The notes under the pieces: model-generated
What the model saw: the letters and a program-made list of their open reading frames with translations, nothing else
Databases searched by the model: none
What the model was told of the DNA's origin: nothing
DNA from: Octopus sinensis
Taxonomy: Eukaryota
Reading direction: 5' to 3'
Length of the DNA: 64,000 bases
NCBI RefSeq assembly: GCF_006345805.1
Contig: NC_043004.1
Coordinates: 95,356,001 to 95,420,000 of the forward strand
Position numbers and translations under genes: made by a program
Shown here: positions 26,831-39,206 of the stretch, in pieces
Position numbering within the stretch: position 1 is the stretch's first letter
How the letters are laid out: each line of letters starts with the position of its first letter

Positions 26831-27060
26831 GGATGGAGGAACCAACTAACAGAGGAAGTGATGAGAGAGGGAGAGGAGTAGGCTATAGTAATTTGTAACA
26901 GGAAAAATTTGAATTAAGAATGCAAAGAAACATCAATAATTACCACAAGGCACAACATCCATATTTATGCTCCACTGATTTTCTGCCGATGCAGCATCCT
27001 GTCCAAAAGAGATTGAAGATTATTCAAAAGGAAACAGTGTCCATGCCTTTTCCAATATTA

Positions 27061-27096
<36 letters not shown>

Positions 27097-27111
27097 CGAT
27101 ATATATATATA

Positions 27112-27510
27112 GGCGCAGGAGTGGCTGTGTGGTAAGTAGCTTGCTAACCAACCACATGGTTCCGGGTTCAATCCCACTGCGTGGCACCTTGGGCAAGTGT
27201 CTTCTGCTATAGCCCCGGGCCGACCAATGCCTTGTGAGTGGATTTGGTAGACAGAAACTGAAAGAAGCCTGTTGTATATATGTATATATATGTATATATG
27301 TGTATGTGTGTGTGTTTGTCCCCCTAGCATTGCTTGACAACAGATGCTGGTGTGTTTACGTCCCCGTCACTTAGCGGTTCGGCAAAAGAGACTGATAGAA
27401 TAAGTACTGGGCTTACAAAGAATAAGTCCCGGGGTCGAGTTGCTCGACTAAAGGTGGTGCTCCAGCATGGCCGCAGTCAAATGACTGAAACAAGTAAAAG
27501 AGTAAAGAGT
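27112..27510 (+). mobile_element. SINE family A, full length
   Basis: As 4323; (TA)n flanks. Confidence 0.9.
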
Positions 27511-27601
27511 ATATATATATATATATATAATATATATATATATGAGCATGTATAACTGTACCTGAAACTGAACGTATAAACATAATCAAGCTACCACTTA
27601 C

Positions 27602-27725
27602 TAAAACCCAGCATAGCAGTTCTGAAGCATTCATTAAAAAAGGCCAAAGGTCAGAACATTCATTAAAGTTTTCTGTGAAGCTTCGTAAAACTCTCCCTAG
27701 GAGTCCATAGAATGATTGGCAAGAC
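27602..27725 (-). CDS. Candidate internal exon SCQSFYGLLGRVLRSFTENFNECSDLWPFLMNASELLCWVL
   Basis: 41 open codons ending at a consensus donor gtaagt. The acceptor is weak and no homology is recognised. Confidence 0.3.
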
Positions 27726-28367
27726 CTTTAAGACTCTGTTAAAGCTTCAATTAGTCATTAACTCTTTCAGGAGCTAACAGCTTTTAAAACTACAGGACGT
27801 TTCTCCAGCCAAGCTGTTATATTTTGCCAATGGAATTTATTACTGAAAACTGTCTTGTATATTTTTTCTATGTTGTTTTTATTGAGATTATTTTTCTTCT
27901 TTTCAATTCGTGTATGTTTATTTTATTTTGTGTTTTTTTTTTTTGTTTTTTTTTTTGGTTTCTTTGTTTTGTTTTGTTTTTGTTTTTTAATGCATAAAAA
28001 TGTATCAAAAATCAACCAATGAAAAATCTTGCTTGAAGCTTTGTTGATTGGTTCATTTGAAATGAAAGTAGGGAAGAAGAAGAAGAAGAAAAAAACAGGT
28101 TTAATACACATTTCGTGTGAGATTGTGAGTATGAATATACATACACCATACTTTCATACAACATACATACTATAGTCATTCAAACACACGCACGAACACA
28201 TATATTTGCATGTGTATCTGTGTAAGAACTTGAATGTGTGTGCATGTGTGTGTGTTGTGTGTGTGTAAATGTGAACAGATAAAAGTATGAATGAAGTACA
28301 TGCAAAAATAAATATGCATAATTTGAATATATGTAAAATTTTTAAATACATCCATACACACAACCAT

Positions 28368-28665
<298 letters not shown>

Positions 28666-29745
28666 AGGGAAATATATGTGCGTGTGTATATGTACATATG
28701 TGCCTACATACATATAGATATATACAAATATACACACATACATGTGTATGTATATATGCTTATATATGTGTACATGTTTGTGAATACAAAATATCATCAT
28801 CATCATCAGCATCATCGTTGCTATTATCACATGGCTGTATAAACAAAAATTGTGTATAAATGAATGTTTTACCCTTGTGATATACTGACATCTCATTTAC
28901 CCAACATGCGTCCACTTGTCAAAACACACACACATCACACACACTCCTTCTCTCTCTCCCTCTCTCTCCCCCTCTTTCTCTCTCTCTCTCTCACTCACTC
29001 TCTCAATCAATCACTCAACCTATATTCACTCACTTTTTCCAAATTTTCACCATGTCTATTTATCCCATTCCACACCTCCTCACACTACCACCACCACATC
29101 TCGCTCCTTTCTCATTCATTCGTTTCCTTTTAAAAAGACACTCTTTTTTTTTTCTCCTTCAAATGAAAAATTTTTCTTAAGGTTTCAAACAGCTTTTATT
29201 TTCTTTAGTAATTTATGCTACTGTATCATTTCATATATATTTTCTTGTTTCTTTTTCCCAAACAGTTTCCTTATTTTTTCCTCCTTTTCACTCATTATAT
29301 CTCAATTTTTCTAACTGCATTTATTTTGTCTTTTCGCCTTTTACTCATCACATCAGTTTTTTCAACTTCATCATTGTATCTCTTGTTCTACATTATCCTT
29401 ACATTAAAAATAGTCCTTACTGCCATTTCAGTTGGCAAAATAAACTAGTATTTAACATCATTCTTTTCAGCTTTTACCATATCCATGTGTGTGTGTTTGT
29501 GTGTGTGTGTCTTTTATCTTTGACTTCTTTCAGTTATTAGACTGCAGCCATGCTAGGGAACCGCCTTCAAGAATTTTTACTAAAATGAATTAACTCCAGT
29601 ATTCTGTTTTCTTTAAGCCTGGTATTATTCTATCAATCTCTTTTGCCAAACCACTAAGTTACAGGGATGTAAGTACAACAGCACTACTTCTCAAGCAGTA
29701 GTAGGAGACATATATATATATATTATATATATATATATATATATA

Positions 29746-29910
29746 GGCGCAGGAGTGGCTGTGTGTTAAGTAGCTTGCTTACCAACCACATGGTTCAGGG
29801 TTCAGCCCTACTGTGTGGTACCTTGGGCACGTGTGCTCTACATTAGCCTCGAGCTGACCAAAGCCTTCTGAGTGGATTTGGTAGATGGAAACTGAAAGAA
29901 GCCCATCATG
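29746..29910 (+). mobile_element. SINE A 5' half, adjacent to a degenerate minus-strand SINE A tail at 29510-29700
   Basis: ggcgcaggagtggct..gaaagaagcccatc. Confidence 0.8.
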
Positions 29911-29919
29911 TATATATAT

Positions 29920-29979
<60 letters not shown>

Positions 29980-30669
29980 ATATATTATATATATATATAT
30001 ATTATATATATATATATATTATATATATATATATGTATGTATGTATGTATGTATATATATATATCTTTCACACGTTCTGAATATGCAAGGTGACTGTAAC
30101 TCACACTCACACACACACATGCACAAACGCACATACACACATACATTCTCACATAAGTATGCATAATTCAGTTTTCATCTAACAAATCCACTAAGACTTT
30201 GGTTATCCCAGAGTTCTAGTGGAGAGACACTTACTCAAAGATGCAATACAGTGAAACTGAACCAAGAACCTTGTGGCTGGGAAGCAGACTTCTTCCCTCT
30301 ACCTATGTCTACATGTGTGTGTGTGTATGTGTGTGTGTGTATGTGTGTGTGTGTGTGTGGTTGTATGTGTGTGTGTGTGTGGGTGTGGGTTTATATGTGT
30401 GTGTGTGTGTGTGTAGTAAGGAGATAAGAAATGGTTGGGTATGAGTGATACAGAGAGATTACAAGATGATTGAAGTGAATGGGATGATGGGTGTATATAC
30501 AGGCATGGCTATGAGGTGAGAAGCTTGTTTCCCAAGCACATGGATCATGGATCTGGGTTCAGTCCTACTATGTGGCACCTTGGGTAGGTGTTTTCTGTTG
30601 TAGCCTCGACAAAGCCTTGTGAGTGAATTTGGTAAATGGAAGCTAAAGGAAGGCCATCGTATATATATT

Positions 30670-30725
<56 letters not shown>

Positions 30726-30729
<4 letters not shown>

Positions 30730-30945
30730 TAAAAACGGTAAGATAACAAAAGAAAGAAAGAAAGAAAGAGACCTCAATATTATGTAAATAGAGCGAATTT
30801 ATTTGTAAATTAATATGTTACCATTATTCAATAGCCAAGATGGTCAGATAACCGAAGAGATGGTGTTGTGGATTTCCCCTTCGGCATCCGAAACTCAGAG
30901 TTTTATCTTGGCTATTGAATAATGGTAACATATTAATCTACAGAC
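30726..30945 (+). mobile_element. Long-hairpin element carrying hammerhead family 3
   Basis: Reverse complement of 24656-24870. Confidence 0.8.
30846..30908 (+). ncRNA. Type I hammerhead-like motif, family 3 (CCGAAGA core)
   Basis: AGAUAA-CCGAAGA-GAUG..CAUC-C-GAA-ACUC A GAGU-U-UUAUCU. Helix I continues into the long hairpin after an 8-nt bulge. Confidence 0.6.
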
Positions 30946-30964
30946 ATATATATATATATATATG

Positions 30965-31450
30965 TAAAAAAATACAAACTGGGACAAGAACGCAAAACAT
31001 TTAGAAGACGATACAAAAAACACGGATGGGACATTCGAAGCCTTCAATCTTCAGTCAAGAACCGGATCATCCTCGCAATTTCGGCTGATTAATCTTGAGA
31101 TTGCTCCGATCTGGCCAGCCCCAAGGAAAATCTAACCCAAGCGCCTTAAATTCCTTGGAAGAAAGCCTCGAATGTATACAAAACAAAGACGGAAAAACGG
31201 ACGATGTTACACGAATATGAATACCAAAATACGTAAAAACAATAATAATAATAATACGTAAAAACAATATATATATAATCCTTGCAATTTCAGCTATTTA
31301 ATCTTGAGATTGCTCCAATCTGGCCAGCCCCAAGGAAAAACTAAGCTACGCGCATTAGATTTCTTGGAAAAAGGATCGAATGTATACAAAACAAAGACGG
31401 AAAAACGGACGATGTTACACGAATATGAATACAAAAGGCAAAAAATAATA
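30965..31450. repeat. Unclassified repeat with a partial tandem duplication (period ~209 bp)
   Basis: The ~155-bp block atcct(c/t)gcaattt..ttaatcttgagattgctcc..cgaatatgaatac occurs at 31069 and 31278. Confidence 0.8.
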
Positions 31451-31859
31451 CACAATGGCCTTCCAAATCCACTCACAAGGTTTTGGCTAGCCTGGGGCTA
31501 CAGTAGAAAACACCTACCCATATTGTCACACAGTGGGACAGAACCCAGATCCATGTGCTTGGGAAACAAGCTTCTCACCTCATAGCCATGCCTGTATACA
31601 CACCCTTCATCCCATTCACTTCAATCATCTTGTAATCTCTCTGTATCACAAACACCCACCCATTTCTTAGCTCCTCACCACCACTATTAATTGATATTCA
31701 GAAATAATGACAGATCAGCTTCCACTGTGGCCATTTCCATGGTCTCCCCTACTCTTCATTATGAGGCCTCTGTATTAAAGACTGCATTGGATCATCTATA
31801 TCAGGAGTCACCAAACTTTTTCACAGCGGTCAAGATAACTGAGGGAATGATGAGCTCAG

Positions 31860-32015
31860 GGTGCTTTTCCGTCTACCAAATCCACTCACAAGGCTTTGGT
31901 TGGCCCGAGGCTATAGTAGAAGATACTTGCCCAAGGTCCCATGCAGTGATACTGAAGCCAGAACCATGTGGTTGGTAAGCAAGCTACTTACCACACAGCC
32001 ACTCTTACGCCTGTA
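31860..32015 (-). mobile_element. SINE A 5' half
   Basis: Reverse complement of the head. Confidence 0.8.
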
Positions 32016-32594
32016 TATATAGTTTGTATATTAAACTTTAAAATATATAGTATCTACCAAGAAATCTGAAGTATGACAACAATCAAACGATGTAGAAAGA
32101 AGAAATTCAAAAGAAAATATATGCCATCACACACGCACACAATAAAAAAAAATAATTTTCTTACATTTTCATCGAAAAGAAAATTTTCAGTATTTTTTTT
32201 TTTTAACAACTTCTGTCTTTCACCATTCTGTTAGGAACAAAGTAAAAAACTTGATTTTTCAAAATATACATGAATAGAATTAAATTAGAATGAATATATG
32301 AATGAGGGCAAAGAAAGAAAAATAGGTAGAGATGAAAAAAAAAAAAAAAAAATTTCACTGAAATAAAATTTTGTTCACGTATACGTATAGATATCTGTGT
32401 GGACATACATATACATAGTGACATAACTATGTATGTGTCTATATAAGGTAATATATATACCAATATATATATATATATATATATGCATGTGTGTGTTTAT
32501 ATTATATATATATATGTATGAATATATATATATAGAGAGAGAGAGACACATTTCATTCTTTCTCTCTCTCTTTATATATATATATATACATATC

Positions 32595-32625
<31 letters not shown>

Positions 32626-32677
32626 GTATATATAAATTTATATAGTATATAAATATGTATATGAATATAAATATAAA

Positions 32678-32730
<53 letters not shown>

Positions 32731-33499
32731 TAATTAATAAATTTTAGGGTAGCAAAAAATTCTAGAAAAATTCTCCGCTACCAGCGGTCAAGTGAGAAAG
32801 AAAAGATAGTCAATAGACTATATAATATACATTCAAATATATAAAGAATGGCCATAATAGGACATTCGACTCACTAGAAAGAGCAGCCAAACTCCGAACC
32901 ACTAATAGTTGTAATTCTGAAATGGAAAGAGAAATAAAAACGTTTACCCTCTCCCTTCTGGACTATGCATAGTTTCGGCAATCTTTAGTAAATAAATTAA
33001 TTAAATTAAATTTATTTACAACTGGTGTGCCTCTTCAGCAGAACACAATTCTCCGATGAATGGAAACATGAAACTCTGAGTAACAGTTTTTTGTGATGTT
33101 TTTACAGCTTTAATAAAAAGTATATATATATATAATATATATAATTAATAAATTTTAGGGTAGCAAAAAATTCTAGAAAAATTCTCCGCTACCAGCGGTC
33201 AAGTGAGAAAGAAAAGATAGTCAATAGACTATATAATATACATTCAAATATATAAAGAATGGCCATAATAGGACATTCGACTCACTAGAAAGAGCAGCCA
33301 AACTCCGAACCACTAATAGTTGTAATTCTGAAATGGAAAGAGAAATAAAAACGTTTACCCTCTCCCTTCTGGACTATGCATAGTTTCGGCAATCTTTAGT
33401 AAATAAATTAATTAAATTAAATTTATTTACAACTGGCGTGCCTCTTCAGCAGAACACAATTCTCCGATGAATGGAAACATGAAACAGCTTTAATAAAAA

Positions 33500-33502
<3 letters not shown>
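32731..33502 (+). repeat. Tandem duplication of a 411-bp unit carrying hammerhead family 2
   Basis: Units start at 32731 and 33142 and are nearly identical, except for a 31-bp deletion in unit 2. Confidence 0.9.
33047..33088 (+). ncRNA. Type I hammerhead-like motif, family 2 (CCGAUGA core)
   Basis: AAUUCU-CCGAUGA-AUG gaaa CAU-GAA-ACUC U GAGU-A-ACAGUU. GUA cleavage triplet; helix I pairs 5 of 6. Confidence 0.6.
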
Positions 33503-33584
<82 letters not shown>

Positions 33585-33585
33585 T

Positions 33586-34050
33586 TGCCTGTTGAGGCAA
33601 GTGAAATCGAAATTGAATCAAATTCGATGACTGGCACCTGTGCCAGTGGAGCACTAAGAGCACCATCCAAGCATGATTTTGCCAGAGCAGCTGACCGGCT
33701 TCCGTGCTGGTGGCATGTAAAAATGCCAGTGGCACGTGAAAAGACATTTGAGCGAGGTCGTTGCCAGCCACTGGATTGGTTCCTGTGCAAGTGGTACATA
33801 AAAAACACCATTTGAGCATGGCAGTTGCCAGTACCGCCTGACTGGCCCTCATGCCGGTGGCACGTAAAAGCACCCAGTACACTCTCGGAGTGGTTGGCGT
33901 TAGGAAGGGCATCCAGCTGTAGAAACTCTGCCAGATAAGATTGGAGCCTGGTGCAGCCATCTGGTTCACCAGTCCTCAGTCAAATCGTCCAACCCATGCT
34001 AGCATGGAAAGCGGATGTTAAACGATGATGATGATGATGATGATGATGAT
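33586..34050 (+). mobile_element. Repeat family C (internal GCCRGTGGCACGTAAAA repeats, RTE-like 3' tail, (GAT)n end)
   Basis: ggttggcgttaggaagggcatccagctgtag..catgctagcatggaaagcggatgttaaacgatgatg. Related copies at 34433-34640 (-), 48890-49095, 49925-50250 and 53095-53285. Confidence 0.75.
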
Positions 34051-34432
34051 TCTATAATCATATGCGATGTCGCTTGATCACGTGCATATTGAATTTTAAC
34101 ACACGTAAATTTATTTCTAGAATATTACGCTGAAGAAAACAATAGGTAATTATGCTTTACTCTAAGTTCGAAATGTGTCCGTAATTGACCATGGTCTTGT
34201 TGATTCATCATTTTACCTTTGCATTATTGTCTTGGAGATTTTATGGTAGTAGAAAAGACATTAGCATTTATTTCTAATTCAGCACGTGGCGAGGCACTTA
34301 GCTGACCCCTTATTATAATTATGTATATAATTATAGAATATTTTGTATAATTTACCTAAAAGCTTTTTTTTTTACATATTGACCACTTGGTAAAATTATT
34401 TCCAATTTTACCCTATATTATCATTATATATA

Positions 34433-34640
34433 TATATCATCATCATCATCATCATCACCATCATCATCATCACCATCATCATCATTCAACGTCCGCTTTC
34501 CATGCTGGCATGGATTGGACGGTTCAACTGGGTTCTGGGAAGCCAGAAGGCTGCACCAGGCCCAGTCTGATCTGGCAGTGTTTCTACAGCTGGATGCCCT
34601 TCCTAACGCCAACCACTCCATGAGTGTATTGGGTGCTTTT
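34433..34640 (-). mobile_element. Family C 3' end
   Basis: Reverse complement of the 33860-34050 tail. Confidence 0.75.
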
Positions 34641-35357
34641 ATATATATATATACACACAGACATATATAAACACATAAACACACACACACATATATATAT
34701 ATGTATATAAGTATGTGAGTTTCTGTGCATGGTTGTATGTATGTTTGTGACTCCTTGACATTGTGACTCTTTGACATTGTGCTATAGTCGTAAACAAAAG
34801 CCAGTTGATAAGTGTCATGCAAGTGATGTCCTTTTTTTAACCAGTCTTCCGTGAAAACATGCCCAGTCTGAGAAATATTCCTTAGAAACAGGCAAGGGTT
34901 GACAATGTCGGAGGTATCTATCTGACTATCTAAAAAATCTGCTCCAATGAATTCTGCCAGATCTATGAAACATGCAAAAACGGACATCAGAACAACAATG
35001 ACCACTACTACCATCACCACCACCACCACCACTGCCGCCACCGCCGCCGCCTCCACCGCCACCACCGCCGCCGACGACGACGACCTTGAAATGACAATGA
35101 CAACGATGATGGCAATGGTGACAGCAACAGTGACAGCAGCAACGACGATGATATCACTGATAGTGAAGGTCTGTATTATAATGAAAGAATAAATAAATTT
35201 AAGGTATACTAGCCATCTCAATATGGCTAACCACTAAGGATGGGTGTTACTGTAGCTTGTAGCCCCAGGAGAACATCGTCTCCAGCTGGCTTTGGGCACA
35301 CTTTCTGTACCCTTATGGTATTTGCAAAGGGAGGCCATCCCTGCCTCGTCAACCTAA

Positions 35358-35417
35358 GTGATACGCATGGACTGCAGTTTCGAGGTATTTGCCTGTCGTC
35401 AGCGTATGACAATCACC
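35358..35417 (-). ncRNA. Type I hammerhead-like motif, family 4 (canonical CUGACGA core, GUC triplet)
   Basis: CUGACGA-C AGG caaaua CCU C-GAA-ACUGCAGU-C. Helix III is a perfect palindrome, helix II has a terminal C.C mismatch and helix I is irregular. It lies in a GC-richer island 35222-35530. Confidence 0.55.
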
Positions 35418-35785
35418 GGTTTTCGATGAAGGGAGTCCCAATGCAAATCCTTATTTCGTTTTTCCAGTAACTTTTCGTCACTGATCTCGAAAAACTGTAT
35501 GCAAGCAATAATAAATCTCTTGCATACCAGATATATACCAGGACTGATTCAATTGATTTTTTTCTCACTTTTTCTCTCTCACACCCACTCTCTCTTTTCC
35601 CCTTTCCTTTCTCTTAATTTATCTGTCTCTGCATCTTTCTCTTGATTTTATGCTTACTTAAAAATTGATTAACCATATAAGCATCTATAGATTTATATAA
35701 ATCTATACATTTATACGATAATCAATTTTTATGTAAGTATAATATCAGGTGATTAATAAATGGATACATATATATGTATGTATAC

Positions 35786-35789
<4 letters not shown>

Positions 35790-35827
<38 letters not shown>

Positions 35828-35859
35828 GAGATACGTTGGTAGATTGATGAGTAGGTTAG

Positions 35860-35934
<75 letters not shown>

Positions 35935-36110
35935 GTAGGTAGGTATGTAGGTAGGTAGGTAGGTAGGTAGGTAGGTAGGTAGGTAGGTAGATATATAGGT
36001 AGGTTGGTAGAAAGATAGACAGATACTTAGATAGATGGCTAGATAGACAGACAGACAGACAGAGATACAGATAGGTAGGTAGATAGAGAGAGAGATAGAT
36101 AGATTGATAG
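35790..36110. repeat. (GA)n/(GATA)n/(GGTA)n microsatellite, left flank of the LINE
   Basis: Direct reading. Confidence 0.95.
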
Positions 36111-37916
36111 TTAAGTTTCTTTATTGGCCACACGGCTGCACACAGATGAGACAAATTACAAGGTAGAGCTTTTCTTTTGGGGGATGAAAAAACAAAAAAA
36201 AAAAACAAAAGAAACAAACAAAGAAAAGTGGCATAGGTTTTCGATCAAAAGGGATCGTAAAAGGGAAAAAAAGAAAAAAAAAGGAAAACAAAAGAAAAGA
36301 AAAAGGAAAAAAGAAGAAAAAAGAGGAAAAGGGGAAGAGGAAAAAAACGATCAATAGGGATCGAGTATCACAGTGTCATGATGTACGGTGTAAAGGGGGA
36401 AGCAGATAAGGTCTATCCGTGGGAAGAAAAGCCTACGAAAAAGACCACGGCAACCTCGGTCAATATTGTTATATGTTACCACATTTGTTTGCAAGTGGGT
36501 AACCCTCTGTTTTCAATTTCTGGGTTCATAGGATTATGCTCAAGGTGACTTCGTCATTCATACGTGCCATCCTTGCTACATTCACCCATCTTTTTTTAAA
36601 ACATTCGCTAGATAAAACTTGCCTCTCTACTCTCACTTTCCTTTTCAAGTGGTACTGGAAGAAGTTGATGAGAGATTGACCAGAGAGGAAAGTGTTTGTC
36701 TCCAATCCTTTCAGACGCGTCCACCAGATACATTCTTTCGCCATAGCCACAAGGATATTGAAAATAGCTCTTCCTTCCCGTTTGAAGGAAGGAGGCGTGA
36801 CAATATTGACGATAGACTCAGCTGATAAACCGACTCGTCCCACACGTGACAGCAGTAGTTCGACATAAGCCCACAGGTCGGAAATTGTTGGACACTGCAC
36901 GAGTGCGTGTAGAACGGTTTCGTCGCTCTGACCGCATCTCGGGCAGGTTGGCCTCGTGTTTCTCGAGCCGTGTCTGTAGAGCTTATCCCGAACGGGTAGC
37001 GCTTCTCGGTAGCACTGCCAGGCCAGGGATCTCTGGAAGTTGTCCATGGGCCCTGGCCCGAAAGTCGTCCCGAACAGGCGGGTCAGGTATTCCTCGTCGA
37101 CGTTCAGGTTTGCCCCAAGATCGTCGTCGTACCTCCCCTCCACTAATCCCCTATGGAATGCTTTGGTTGTGTTGAAGTCACTCAAGGTCGACCCGGGTCG
37201 GCAGAGTTGCTTGAGAGCAACGCGACACTCGCGGTGCCATCCGCCCTTCCTCGGCCTCTTTTTGATCCACGACTGCAGTTCGGTCATGGAGACGAGCTGC
37301 GGGAAAGCGTGCCTCACAAACGGCGACCACATCTGTTCACCGTCGTCTACGAAGAGCCTGAGATGTCGCAGTCTCAGCGCGTGTCTGCGCATCATCAACC
37401 ACGGCATGCCCAGTCCTCCTTTTAACGGGTGTTGTCAGCAAATGGATCGCCTGACCATCGGGACGCATCCTTTCCACAAGAAGCGAAAGAGAATGCGTTC
37501 TAGTTTGGTGATGGTAGGGTCGGGACAAAGCACAACGGTCAGGCGGTAGTAGATGACAGACGCGATGTACGTGTTCGCCACCTCCGCCGACCTTTTAGGG
37601 ACAGTTTCCTCTCGGCCCGTTGCCGGGCGAGAGTGACCACTCTACTCGTTATCTCGTTCCAGTTCTTCTCCATTTGGAGGTCCGGACCGAACCAGACCCC
37701 GAGCAACTCGACCGGACCGTCGGTCCAGCGTCCCACGACGGAGGCGCTGGTGGACGGCATGGGCTTGCTTCTCCAGGTGCCTAGTCGCAAGCCCACTGAC
37801 TTTTCCCGGTTGATTTTCGCTCCTGTCACCGCTTCGTAGTTTTTCAGTGTCTCGCCGACCTGCTCGATGTGCTCGTGGCTAGACACTATGACGGTGACGT
37901 CGTCCGCGTATGCAGA
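36111..37916 (-). mobile_element. Young, 5'-truncated Tx1/L1-clade LINE (RT C-terminal half, CCHC finger, 3' UTR)
   Basis: [36 protein letters not shown] and CPRCGQSDETVLHALVQC. Only one frameshift (~37590) and one stop (~37435) were seen. The 3' end is AATAAAGAAACTTAA. Confidence 0.9.
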
Positions 37917-37931
37917 TAGATAGATAGATAA

Positions 37932-37983
<52 letters not shown>

Positions 37984-38059
37984 GCAGGCAGGTAGGAGGG
38001 GGAGGTAGATAGGTAGGTAAGTAGGTAGGTAGGGAGGTATAGATAGATAGATAGATAAT

Positions 38060-38124
<65 letters not shown>

Positions 38125-38222
38125 GATAGATAGATAGATAGGTAGGTAGGTATGTAGGTAGGTAGGTAGGTAGGTAGGGAAGGAGGGAGGTAGATAGATA
38201 AATAGATAGATAGATAGATAAA
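37917..38222. repeat. (GATA)n/(GGTA)n microsatellite, right flank of the LINE
   Basis: Direct reading. Confidence 0.95.
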
Positions 38223-38781
38223 GTAATTCATTCACTCATTTATTTACTCGAGCTACTCCACTCAGCATCTTCTATTCGATGCCAGCCTTTGTTTCAACAG
38301 ATTTGCCCTTAAAGTAATGCCTAAGTATTAAATTCAAAGTTGTACAACGTTCAGTCTATTCTAAACACTTCGTTTTGAAAGCATTGTTATTCACTCATAC
38401 CTCTTGTTTTCGGTTTACAAATTCTTCTTAAACATTCAACTGTCCACCTTCATACTGCAGTTTTATTTGACCAGATCTGACCAGAGTTACTAAATGACAT
38501 TTGTATATCCAGATAAACTTGATAGTCAAAGCAGATAATAGGTGCTCTCATTGCCTAATAGCTCTCTTCACAAACCAACCACTGTGTGAAGGAGCATACC
38601 AAATAAACGAAATAATATAAAATCTCATTTCATAACAGAGCATTCCCTTAGAAAAGCACTGTGATAATTATTTATTCAAATACTCTATTATGTTAGATCT
38701 TCCTACTACGAGATCGTGTCCATTAACAACAGGCACGAAATATAACAGTGAAATTTTCTTATTCATTCTGCCTCTGTATCT

Positions 38782-38867
<86 letters not shown>

Positions 38868-39009
38868 GGTGGGGGGATGGTTGTGGTTGTGGTGGTGGTG
38901 GTGGTGGTTGTAGTAGTAGTAGTGGTAGTGGTGGTGGTGGTGGTGGTGGTAGTGGTAATAGTAGTAGTAGTAGTAGTAGTAGTAGTAGCAGTAGCAGTAG
39001 TAGTGGTGG

Positions 39010-39049
<40 letters not shown>

Positions 39050-39206
39050 TTAGTGGTGGTGGTGGTGGTGGTAGTAGTAGTAGTAGTGGTAGTGGTGGTG
39101 GTGGTGGTGGTAGTGGTAAAAGTAGTAGTAGTAGTAGCAGTAGCAGTAGTAGTGGTGGGGGTGGGGTGGTAGTAGTAGTAGTAGTCGTAGTAGTAGTAGT
39201 AGTAGT
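38782..39206. repeat. (GTA)n/(GTG)n microsatellite with an internal duplication
   Basis: Direct reading. Confidence 0.9.

Larger units (their letters stand above)
30415..31680. repeat. Inverted duplication: 30415-30660 versus 31452-31680
   Basis: gatacagagagattacaagatgattgaagtgaatgggatg plus an old SINE A head, present in opposite orientations. Confidence 0.85.

Noticed and set aside
31035-31060. Minus-strand CUGAAGA..CGAAUGUC
   Set aside because: No A15.1, and helices I and III cannot be formed.
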